A program made the position numbers and the translations under genes. DNA of 64,000 nt, from assembly GCA_965202585.1 (NCBI GenBank), contig OZ241829.1:52886001-52950000 (forward strand), read 5' to 3'. Of this stretch, positions 50,734 through 62,802 are shown piece by piece. Below the pieces are notes generated by a model that was given only the letters and a program-made list of their open reading frames with translations, did not search any database and was not told the DNA's origin. Each line of letters opens with the position of its first letter. The first letter of the stretch is position 1. The DNA comes from Thalia democratica. Lineage: Eukaryota.

Positions 50734-53700
50734 TCATTCTGAGACATAATTTTCAGGTTGATTATGGCCTGTTTTTTCAAGAGTTGTTGTTTTAAAGCTT
50801 AAGTGAAAGGAAACATAAAAATTGAATATACTTTGCTCAGTAGTTCAAAGCATCTCGAAAGATCAAATCTACTAAACTCTTAGAGATTAGAATTGTTTGT
50901 AAATTTGAGTTTTTTTTTTTCATTTGAAACACTTTTTAACTTTATGTGATGGTAAGTTTTTCATTATGTAACTTAAAGTGATATATTTAAACTACCTTGC
51001 AAAAAAGTTTAACTAGCTCTTTTTTTAAAGCCTCAAACTGAACAAATACATACAAAAAAAATTAACACGTTTTGTAATAAATTTAAACATTGTTATAAAT
51101 CTAAATGTAATATATTGTATAATACATAGTTTTAAATGCGAAAGCATTTTTGCATACATAAGTCGAATATTGTTATTCTTTATAAAAGTTTAAATAATTT
51201 ACTTGTTCATACTAGCAGATGTTTTTCTTTTACGGGTACCTTTACTAAACATATTTCCCCACTCCTCGACTGCTTCAGCTATTTTTAGTGGATTAGCTCC
51301 TAATAAATAAGCTAGTTAACTTTCAATGATCGGAAACATTTTTTTAGCTAGATTTAAACCACTTATATTTTGTAGCACTTAAAATAAAAATTTTTAGCAT
51401 TTTTATACAGATTTAACTTTACTTGGATTTTGAAGTGTATTTCAGGAGAAAAATTATGAGAAAATACCTTATACTGTAAATTAACTTTTTTGTTCACATC
51501 TCAAAAATTATTGTGAAAATAAAAACTTTTATAGGACTATATGTTTATAAGCTTTTCGATAAATACTGTGACAAACTTTTGACAAGTTTCAGATATTCTC
51601 TTGGTTTTTGCAATGAAAAAATGCATTCATCTATTTCTAGCTTATTTTGCGTAAAGTTTGTTTCGTCATTATCATCATGATATATTTTTCTCAAATCATT
51701 TTTGTTCCAAGCTGCAAGTACTTTTATTGCCGTATCTATTGTAAACTCGCAATCGGTGTATATATCTGTGTTCTAAATAAATTACAAATAAATCTAAATG
51801 CACTTTTTGTAACTTAATTAGAATTTTAAAACTTTTAAGGTATGACTAATCTATTTCTTATCAGGTAATGTGTTTAAAAAAAAAGAATAACATTTAACTA
51901 ATATAACATTTATTTTATTTTATTTCAAAAAATCAACAAAGTTTTTACTTTAAACTTATTAGTATCAACCAAATTAATCATATTAAAATTTAAATATTGT
52001 TGGTTTTTCTGAAGTATAATATTTTTGTACATAGTAAACAAGATAAAAACATAAATTACAAACAACGATTGACATACCAGAATAACGATTTGAGAAACTT
52101 TAATATTAAAGTATTATTACTGTAATTTAAAACTTTGTTTACTATATACTTGAACATATCCAAAAATTTCCTCAGCAAGAACTTTTTCTCTATCATCTAC
52201 AACTTTAGCAAGTAACTCGAACAATTGACCTAATTGCTTTACCCCAATCATTTCAGGTCCAAGCTCCGGCCTATATATGCGTTCCTTAAAATTTCAGAGT
52301 TTTGTAGTTAAATGATTAAATGTATTATAACAAACTATGTACATAATTACTTTTTTTAAAACAGTGAGTTATAATCAAAACAAATTTACTTTACTTATGT
52401 AACGTACAAAGTTTATAAAACTTACAGCGCATGATTTCATCGATTTGCATTTAGCTTGTCTTAAGCATGATTTCTGTAAAAAAATTCTATATAAGCAACA
52501 TCATTTAGTCAATTAGAAAACTCTAAGATAAGTTTAAAGACTTTTTTTTATTCAACTGCAATTAATTAATTAAGAGTAAACATCATGCAATAATCTCAAG
52601 TTAATAACTTAAGTTTTGGTGTATGTGTCGAGTGCTGGTTTTAAATCTACAACTTCAAATTTTAAGTATTTTATGTCATTAGGACCCCATCGCCACCACA
52701 TCACAATTCGAAAAAGTTTTATCAATAGTAGAAAAAAAAGCTAATAAATTTTTGATTTGTTGATTTGATTATAACTGAGTATTAGCATAAGTTTTTTAGT
52801 TTACTGTGTTTAAATAAGTAAAAACTTACTTTATTACTTTTTCAACAAATACTAATTCTACTTGTTAGAAAAGAGGTTTTTATTAGGCGAAAATATTTTA
52901 TAATAGTTGTATAAATTCTTTGTAGTTAATAATATTTAGTACTCTTAAAGCTAATTTTGATGGTATATTTATATTCTCTGGCTGCTTTATGAATAAACAA
53001 ACCAACAAGTATAAATTTAAATAAATGTTACATAAAAAATATTTGTCATACCAAAAAGAAAACTATATTTACATAAAATTTGTTGTTTTCCTACTGTGGA
53101 CCTGTTTGCCAGTATTTACTAAGAAAACTCAACTTACTATGCATTTTTACTAAAACTAAAAAAATATGTTAGTATATTTAAAATAAGTATGTTTTGTACT
53201 GCCTCAAAAACTTATAATACACACCTTTACTTAAATAAAGTACTGAAAATTGCAAAAAACCCATAGCTGGTTTCTTAAAGTTAAATGCTCAAAAGAATAA
53301 TTAAAAAATATATAGTTGTCTTATAATTCTCTACTATTACAGTATCGTCTAACCAACACACTGTGTTGGTCAGGAACTTTGTAATCTTAGGATTACTTTC
53401 ACGAGTATGCCTACTAGTACCTGACGTTTTTTAGCTGATTAGGCACGCGTAGCATGCTTAGAAATTAGCTTTGTAAGGCTAGAGGCCGAAAGCGTCTTAA
53501 GTTTTTTACTAGTAGTACTCATAGCTTAATATAAATTAAATATCTCATTAGCGACTAAACAAGACATCAGTTATCTAATTTAACTAGTGGTCTTAAGATA
53601 TAATTCAATGTAACGTTTAATATAAGCTATATATTACTTATTTCACTTAGTCTACAGCAGTGGCGTAGCGTGGTATTTTGGTCAGGGGTGTGCAAATTTT

Positions 53701-56700
53701 TTTCTCAAAAAATATCCTAAATTTAAACTTATGTAATTAGCTTTAAAAAGATCTTTTTATAAGTGTTATGATTGAAATAAATTCATTAAGTGAAATAAGT
53801 TCAAAGTAGATGTTTTAAAAAATATTTATATATTATAAAGTTAAACAATTATAAAAAAAAGTATAAATTTCATTAGAATTACTTATACTTGCACAAATGT
53901 AAACTTACTAAATAAAAATAGTTTTTACTACTTTCAGTAAACTTTATATCTTTTAAAATGAATATATTCAATAAAAAGAAAGTATCTGTTTTATTTAGGA
54001 AAAGAATATCAATCTCTTTAATATACAATACAACAGTGATAACAACACCTCATTGCACATAATTTAAATAAAGTTACACAGAAGTTAAAATAGACCAACT
54101 TTATAACTGTTATTACAATTTATTACAACTTTGTAAAATAGTTAAAAGTATACTTTTTAAATTTGATTCATCTGAATGTATCTCTTAAAATAAAAATCAC
54201 AAACAAAGTATATTTCTCATAGGCCGACACGCTTTTTCCTGTATGTTTACAAAAAAAAAAGATCAGAAAACTAGCAGTAGTCTTAACACTTATTGTTGCA
54301 TAAAAAAAAACTTGTAAAATCGTTTAACATTCCTTTAAACGTGACGTATTTTTGTAAACTTTTTGTAGAAAAATCTGTCATAAGGATATACTACTGCGGT
54401 GCACTAATTAGTTGCGTTCTTTTTGAGTCAAAATTCTTATGAAGTTAATGAAGTTATAAAATTTTTCCTTATTGAGTTTTTAATCAACATCGGTGCGTAC
54501 TTTCGCTTGCGCACCGAATCAGTATATTGGGTATTTTCCCTAACTTGTCACTAACTGGTATTCAAAATTTCATTTAACTTTTTGAATACTAGATAAACAT
54601 AGTTGAAAAAAGGCAAGTTAAGCAGAAAAATTAAACAATAAAGAATAAACAAATTACATTATTTTTTTTTACTTCTTTCTTTTTTTGGGTGGCACGCATG
54701 CGCCAGTGTCCCTCCTCACGCTACGCCCCTGATATCGTATGTAATATATTGAACTGTAGTAACTTCTCGATTAACTAATCAACCTCGTAAGTAACGTTCT
54801 TTCACAAGTGTTAAAACACACGGCAATCAAGCAAGTAAAATACAACCGGCATCACCATATTAGGATCCAAAAAATTATCTAATACACAGCAATCACGCAG
54901 AGCGTGAATTAGGTCATTTACCTCAGTATCACCTGCGATCAACACTCTGTTGATCTAGTACTTGAGCATTGCCTTCATTTGACAAAACTAAAGAACTCCA
55001 ACAGAAAACTTCTTTACTGAGTCGATTTAAACTATAATTATGCTGAATAAGCCCAAATACGATAAATTTTGGTTGAATCTCCAGCAACAAACTCTTATTT
55101 AAGTCAATTCTACAATTGTTTCTTGCTGAAAAAGCCCACGCATACGGTAGCATCAAATTTAGCTACGTATTACAACAACAAATTGTCTTAAAAGTTTAAT
55201 CAATTGTCAGAATACTTTTATCTTTCAGTTGTATATTTGAAGATCGTAATTTTATTTCTCGCCGCGCTCTGCATCCTGTGTCTTTGAAGAAGCATAAGTG
55301 ACAACGTCCTGAACCAGTAAATTGTATGAAAATCATCTGTTGCAGCACAACTAGAAGTCGTGAACTGCAAGAAATATTCTAAAGTAGATAATTGTAAGCT
55401 TGCGAACACCATTTTATTGTGTCTGTAGTTTTATTCTATAATGAAGTATATAAATACCTGTTCGTCTGTATTTGATTTAAAATTATTAAAATAGTGTCTC
55501 TAAAAGAAACATTGAAGCCTATAATAACGGTATAAATATTTAAAACACTCAGCACTCGGTATCAGATCGAAAAATTAAGTAAGAATCGAAATTGCCCTGA
55601 TACTGGCTCCTGAAGAGATTGCCGAACCTGTTACAGAGGTGGTTTCACCGGAAACAGGAGACGCAAATAGTTCGGAAAGCAAAAATGGTAAGGCAATATT
55701 TTACAAGCTTTTCTTATTTTTAAGATTTTATTTTCAAATTTTTCAATAATCGGTTTTAATTTTTCTCAATCTGATTTACTTTAATAAAAAAAAGACTTCT
55801 TATTACTTTTTAATTGTTCTTTAATTTATAATATTAAAATTCAAAAAAAAATATTTAGAACTTTTTATATACTACGATGTAAAATTATTTCCGAAATATG
55901 CAAGAAGTTTTTTTTTAAACTTAAAGTCCCAATCTTGAAAGTCTTTATAAAAAATACTTTATATTTTAAATTATTAAACTTCATAAAAAGTTGACAAAGT
56001 AGAAACTTGTTTTTTATAAATTAAGTATCAAATTAAGTGTATTTCAAGTCAATGCAAAGCATAATTACAAGATTTTAATTAGCTAAAAGCCACGTATTTA
56101 ACATAAATACATGTGAAAACTCAAAAGTTCCAGCAACTCTGCTGCAAAGTATTATACTCTTTTAAAGTAAAGTTATCTTTACACTTACAACTTAAATGTA
56201 ATAACAAATGTAGTTTTTGTAAAAAATCCAAGAAACCCTATCACATTATAGTAAAAAGAGAGTAGTTGTCATTGACAACTACACAACTTGTCAATAAACA
56301 AATGACAATTTTGTTAAGCTATAAAAATTTAAAAATTACTACAAATTTTTAAACCACCTCTCTACCGCTTTCACTATTCCAAGTGGGCCTAATCGGAGTT
56401 TCTATCACTTCATATTTACTTCTATTCTTATAGCTGTGCCCGACCTTTATTTTATAAACTTTTAAAGTAAATTGTTATTATATTAGATATAAGCATTAGA
56501 TTTAATGAGGTAGTTTTAAAAACATAAAAACTTCAGTATCCAGACAAGCAAGAGTATCCGAAAAATCAAACTAGCTGTTTCGTTACGTAAATATCTTCTT
56601 TAAATCATGAAATTTATTTGTCTTTTAAAAACAAACTGTTCAAGAGAGTTATACAAAAATCCAGAATCGGACTTTTTAAGATTTCGTAGAACTGTTCGTT

Positions 56701-57684
56701 TCCATTGGCAAGAAATACCATATTAGTCAGATAAAGTATTTAAGAACTTAAAACCATTATTTTTATAAAAAGCAACACTTTTACAAGCTAAAAATTTTAT
56801 TTAGTTGCTTCGTTACTTAAGCTTATAATTAGTTTCGTTCATGTAAATTAGCTAGCAAATATGTTTTTTAGTTGGTGAAAATATTATGAGCAATGATCAT
56901 TTTTATGGTAATTAAGCTAAACACAACAGCCTAGTTTATATTGTACAACATAAAAAGTTATTATAAATATTTTATCCAACTAATTAGTTTCTTACAATCA
57001 TGTTCTTAAGTCCGTTTTGCATTGTTTTGTAGATATATTTTTGTGGATCTGGGTTCACTACTTCTAGTCTGTAGGAAAAAACAGCTTAATAATAACTATT
57101 TTTATTATTATATTTAATAATTGTAAATTTTTTAAAACTAAAATTTCAAGGTTAGACCTTTTTCTAAAGCACATTAACTTAACTATTAAAGATTTCTTTA
57201 TACATAACTATTAAATATGTATGATGTAAAAACTCAGTTTAAAAATTTGTCGCACCTTTTATCGTTTATACACTTAACTTCGCATATAGGATTGCACAAA
57301 CTATTTCTATTTTTCTTTGCCCCTAAAATTATAAGTTTGTTAATATTTATACTTTTTAACTTACAAAATCATAACATAATATAGCATTTTTCGAATTTAA
57401 TTTATAAAAGTAATTATCTAAACTTTAATTTTATACTTAAACTGATTAAGTTTATTTACTTGCGTAAATATTTATTAAATTTACTATTTTTGTTCTTTTC
57501 TAGTCAGGATGCAAATAGTGTTAAGTTACTACAAAATAAAAGTTTCACCATAATTTTTAAATTACAGCTTATAAAAAATAGATTAAACAAAACTATTGTA
57601 ACAATATATTGCTCTAAATAAATTATATAACTGACATAACTTATAATTTCTAACTTACTTGTTTAGCTTTATAGTATCTTCCAT
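50734..57684 (-). CDS. Unidentified multi-exon gene, possibly an unprocessed pseudogene
   Basis: Phase-compatible open exons read on the minus strand: 57684-57659 (MEDTIKLNK), 57068-56996 (LEVVNPDPQKYIYKTMQNGLKNMI), 54954-54922 (INRVLIAGDTE, weak acceptor), 52473-52426 (KSCLRQAKCKSMKSCA), 52284-52150 (ERIYRPELGPEMIGVKQLGQLFELL...GYVQ), from 51772 (NTDIYTDCEFTIDTAIKVLAAW..., donor uncertain), 51299-51203 (ANPLKIAEAVEEWG...), 50797-50734 (FKTTTLEK...VSE*). Other exon-like segments in between carry in-frame stops. Confidence 0.5.
53322..53657 (-). mobile_element. LTR-like family copy 5, 3' part only
   Basis: 3' end GAGAATTATA at 53322; [30 protein letters not shown] from 53522; cut by the element starting at 53658. 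Confidence 0.75.
53658..54731. mobile_element. hAT-like MITE (CAGTGGCGTAGCGTG TIR)
   Basis: CAGTGGCGTAGCGTG / CACGCTACGCCCCTG; no TSD match, possibly because of an adjacent deletion. Confidence 0.6.
55950..56480 (+). mobile_element. Possible L1/Tx1-type LINE 3' remnant (zf-RVT-like)
   Basis: FQ..C.KVLYS...KCSFCKK..ETLSH reconstructed across frameshifts; weak. Confidence 0.35.
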
Positions 57685-58138
57685 GTTTTGTTTATTTTAT
57701 ATTTTTCAGATTTAAATTGTAACTGAAGATCTCTTAAAGGGTGAAACTTAGTTTTGCAAATAAAAATCTCGAATAATTAATTTTGTATATTTGTCTCCTT
57801 ATTTTTAAATAAGTTGAGAACTATTTTTGTTCAATTTAGAACCTCAAATATAAACTTATAAACTTTATATGCTTGAAAATATTAAAAAAAATAATTCTCT
57901 AACTATAAAATTATATATATTATATTAGGAATATGCGATTTGAAAAATTCCAGAACATATGTCTCATAAAGACAAAAAAGGATTGTCTTTAATCTTCAGC
58001 TGGGTAAATTTGAAATAAATAGCACTTTGGTAAACAGAGGTGCAAAAGTTATACAAAAAACAAAAAAACAATATGACGTAAGAATTAATTATTGTACAAT
58101 ACAAATATTCGGTGGAAAAATTGATCTTCCATCTAACT

Positions 58139-61100
58139 CAGGGGTCGGCAAACTGCGGCCCGCGGGCCAATTGCGGCCCGCGAAGGGTAAATCTGCGGCC
58201 CGCGAGAACGTTATTTTTGAATGGAATGCGGCCCGCAAAAGAAAATTTTGTGGCCCGCGAGCATGTAAATGTGGCCCGCTGAACAAAAATATATTTCAAG
58301 TTAAATTCTTTCGGTAATTCGATTGAATTTAATCAGTTTGGTTTTAAGTCTCTGTAAAACATTTTTAAATAATAAGAAGAAATTACTGCTTTAGTTTAAA
58401 AATTTTAAAAAGACAGATTAGCATTCTAACATGATTTTTTCTTAGTTTCATAATAACTTCTTTTTTACAACAGCAAATAGTTTTCTGAAAAAAGAGTGTA
58501 AAGTGTGCTTAAATTTAATAAGTTAATTACATAATACCTATTTATTTATTAAATAAACTAAATGTAAATGTTTTCCATTTTGTACAAAAGTAATGTACAG
58601 TAATTAACTCAAGAGTCATTTGTTTATAGCTTAGATATTCTTTTTGAATATTTTTTATACCTAAGTTTCTTTTATATATTTTTTTTTGTAAATGATAAAT
58701 TTTAGTTTAAAAGCATTTAAAATAACATTGTAATAAGAAATAATAAGAAATAAGGTTTATTTGATTTTTGTTTTGACACATTTTAATTTTTTAGAAGTTT
58801 TTTTTGCACTTTAAATTAATTTCTATGCACACCAACTTAAAAAGATGCTCATATTTTAAACCACTTTTTATTTAATATTTTAGTTAGTTTAAGTTTAGTT
58901 TATGCATAATTTTCTAACATTTATTTTACTACATGTAATATCTAAATTTGTACGGACACACTCAAAACAACATATATGACATAAATTAATATAATTTTTG
59001 TTAGGTATACACTTTCATTTTTCAAACATTGTTTTTGTCAAACTAAGTTTTTTTTTTATCTTTTGCATATCAATGCACACAATTGCTGTTTTTTGGAGCT
59101 ACCTATTTAATATAAACTAGATTTAGGGATGGTAAGTTTATTAAGTTTGTATATTGTTATTCAAAATAGTTCAAATTTAAGCAAATGAACAACTAAATAT
59201 TGCCAAACACTCAGACTATCTATATTTGAAGACTTTAAATCTCAGGGCAACTAAGTCATCTTATAAGTTTTTGGCTAGAATTGCTTTTTGTTTACAAAAA
59301 CATCAGGAATGTTTTTGTTGACTTAGGCTGGATTTTTTGCTTGAAAGAGTTGCATATTAAACTTATGATGTATGTTTTGCTCAATCCACACTGTGGATTC
59401 CACATTTTTAGTTTGAGTTATAAAATATATTAAATTTTAAGTCTTGCAGTTGATATAATTCAAAATATTATTTATATTATTGTGCACATTTAAGTGTGAA
59501 CAATCAGTGTTGCCAAAAAACTTGAATCCCTGAAAATCTTTGAATTTGAAAATTTATGATTAAAAATTCTGGAAAAAAACTTGAATTTGAGAATTTTTGA
59601 AAAAACCTGGAATTTCAAACAATTTTTACATATAAAATTTCGATTTGAAACAAAAAAGTTAGCAAATAAACATTTGTTTATTAAAAAAAAAATTAAAGTA
59701 GCTTAACAGTATTTTTCAAAATTGATATACTTTTTAAGACATTTTTTTTAAACGTTAATTAAACTTTATACTAAAAATAAAAGAAGGAATTGTACTTCCA
59801 AAAACTTTGTATTGGGGCATTGCACCTCAACTTGTAAAATTTCACCAATGGTTGTGCTTCGCGTTGGAACTAAACCAAGAAATTCTACTAAAATGTCAAA
59901 GTTATTAAAAACATATCTTATAAAAATTCTAAGATGAGCAATAGTTTTTCTATTAGTGCGATCATGTTAACAGATTGATTAAAGTACTAATTTGATTCAT
60001 GCAAATTTATAACCTTAATGCATTTCCTAAACACGACTACTTGTTGTCATAGAAGAAATAAACAAAAGTTTTTCATTACCACTAACATAAATTATTTAAA
60101 AAAGTTTTCAATTATAAACGGAATCTCATTTTAAGTAATAGATTTTGCTACTTTATAACTTGCCTTGACAATTTTTTTCTGATCATTTGTAGTTACTGAA
60201 GATAATCATGTGCTTTGTTGGAACTGACTTTGGTAATTTGTTTTTTTATCGTTTCTCGCAATAACTCCTAACTAACGTTTTTTTATTTTTGCTTAATAAA
60301 AAATAAGTTTTTCTACTTCGGTAATGACTCAATAAAGTTTTATACTTTTGCTAAAATTGTTAAACAAAATTAATTATCCATTCCAGCTGACTTATATATT
60401 TTTTGGCTTGTAATTTATTTAATGTTAATAACCTTCGTTATTTCTTTATGTTATTTTAACTGGGTTGCTACACAAACAGGCTACTTTAAAAGCTTGAAAA
60501 CTCAGGTATGTGTGAGAAACTTTTATTTCAAACACTTTAAAGAAATCTTTTAATTCTCAGAATACTTTTTATGACTGATCTGTAATTTCTTCTTGTTTTC
60601 TTAAACTTTGTGTACTTTTAGATAAAGATGATATTTTTACTAGGTATTTAAGCTTGATTAACAACTATTTATTAATTTTTCCAATTTTTAATAAACTTAG
60701 GCTGGTTTGATACAACTCAGACATTTTTGATTTCTAAGTGGCAACCATGTACAAGACTAAATACTAATAAAATACTTTATTAAAGTATTCGAAAATTATT
60801 TATTTTCAAAAATTTGTTCTAGTTTTTTGGAATACAAACAGGAATTTTATTAAGTTAACTAATTACTAAATTTTTTAATGAATGTAAACTATTTAACACG
60901 CAAAAACTTTTTTGAAAGTAAATATTCTTAAAAATATTAAAAAAGGGTTGATAACATAACAAATATATAAAAGTAACCCATAAATTATCTTTCAAGTTTG
61001 GTTTTTATAGAGAGTCAGGTTGTAACTAAAATTACAAAAGTATTAACTTATTAAGTGATTATGAAAGTACATAGTTTATTAACACTCAAGTATATTAGTC

Positions 61101-61322
61101 AATGTAAATTCTATTCTAATACGTATTAATTTAAATAAGCATTCTATTTATAGCTAAAAGTGATTTAAAATAATAAGGTGGATAAAAGTAAACTTTTCTT
61201 TAATATGACTAAAACTAAAATCAAAAGATTATTGAAGTGTCACTAAAACTAAAACTGCGGCCCGCCTAGACTTTTTAAATTTGAAATTTGGCCCGCGACC
61301 ACTAATTGCCTGCCGACCCCTG
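58139..61322 (-). mobile_element. Degenerate Charlie/GTF2IRD2-type hAT transposon
   Basis: TIRs CAGGGGTCGGCA / TGCCGACCCCTG; perfect TSD ATCTAACT; minus-strand remnants KASYKVAKSI..EIPF and AHLRIFIRYV.NNFDILVEFLGLVPTRSTTIGE; nested MITE pieces at about 59505-59800 and 60465-60750. Confidence 0.85.
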
Positions 61323-61783
61323 ATCTAACTAAACAAACAACTAAAATTCACAAAAACTTCAGTTAAATGTTTATAAAATACTTTAAAGTTTATTTTATTT
61401 CAAGAGTAGATTTTTCATATGTCTACAAGACGATATGAATTCATTCCTCTTATTAAAACAATCTTCCTTTTTCAACGCATACGCAACGGCTGTTGATTTT
61501 TTAAGCACAGCTTACAAACAGGGTTATTACTATCTGCAATTGGCTGTGGGTTATCACATTATATGTGGCATATGCCAATAGCAGATAGTAATAACCCTGT
61601 TTGTAAGCTGTGCTTAAAAGAATCAACAGCCGTTGTGTATGCTTTGAAAAAGGAAGTTTGTTTAAATAAGATAAGTGAATTCATATCGTATTGTGACATA
61701 TGAAAAAGCTCCTCTTGAAATAAAATAAATTATAAAGTATTTTATAGTCACTTAACTGTAGTTTTTGTGAATTTTAGTTGTTT

Positions 61784-62802
61784 TATAACCCTCTGCTGTT
61801 ATATTCCTCTCATCTATTTTATAAGGTTCTGTTGTTGTTGGATTGTTTGTTGACATATTAGAGTCTGTATTCAGCTCGGGGTTACTTTGTTGGGCGCGTC
61901 TACTAAAACTTACCGCCTTATCGGCCGAAAGTGCACGCTTCGCGTGCTTATTAACCAGATTAATGAGGTTGGTTGTCGAAAGGATTTTGGGTTTCTTACT
62001 AGTGGTACTCATTGTTCGAGGTGTTGACCAAACTTAGAGATTCCGCAATGGAATTCACCGCAATTAACCGAGGCTGGTATCAGTAATGCGGACTGGAAAT
62101 GAGGTGTGATGAACCGAATTTGGTCTTGGTGATGAGAATTAGAATACACCGCAATTAACCGAGGCTGGTATCAGTAATGCAGACTGGAAATAAGGTGTGA
62201 TAAACCGAGGCTGGTCTTGGTATTACGTTGATGACTTACCGTAGTCGAATTAAAGTAGTATATAACTTATTTAATCAAACGTTATTTTTAGTAATTAAAA
62301 GGTTAGCTTACAATATACTAATTTTAATAACTGAATTTACTTAACTATATCTTACTGTTATTAGACAGCAACTTAGCACTCAAAATTTAATCTACAATTA
62401 AAAATACAACACAATATAAAAAAGAAACACTCACACACGTTCAGGTCAGAACTCGAATGGTTTGTTTGTCAGTACTTAACTAGATGGAATCGAATTTGGT
62501 TTTCCTTAAAACGTTTCGAACCAACTGAATGAATCAAGGAAATGAAACTAAGTCAAAAGAGCCGAATCGAATGACTAGGTCGAAACTGTCACAATCCAAT
62601 GATAACTTCAAAATGGCCGCCTTCGTCTAAATGCCTGCGTTGAATGTCTTCTAAAATGCACAAGTCACTGAATGCTTAAGTCGAATGTCTACATTAAAAG
62701 CCTCAAATTACAATGCCTACGCCCTTCTCGCGGCGCTTGATTTTTTGCTACACGCAAAAAAAGACTCCTCTTTTCTCTCGGAAAGCAGGCGCAATGCTTA
62801 CA
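61784..62802 (-). mobile_element. LTR-like family copy 6, single diverged unit
   Basis: TGTAAGC at 62802, GAGGGTTATA at 61784; flanks GTTT/GTTC; intact ORF 62012-61752; GTGAGT donor near 62435. Confidence 0.85.

Noticed and set aside
50734-57684. Naming the minus-strand gene by vertebrate synteny (COPS5 or ARFGEF1 flank CSPP1 in human)
   Set aside because: The translated exons show no resemblance I can see to either protein.
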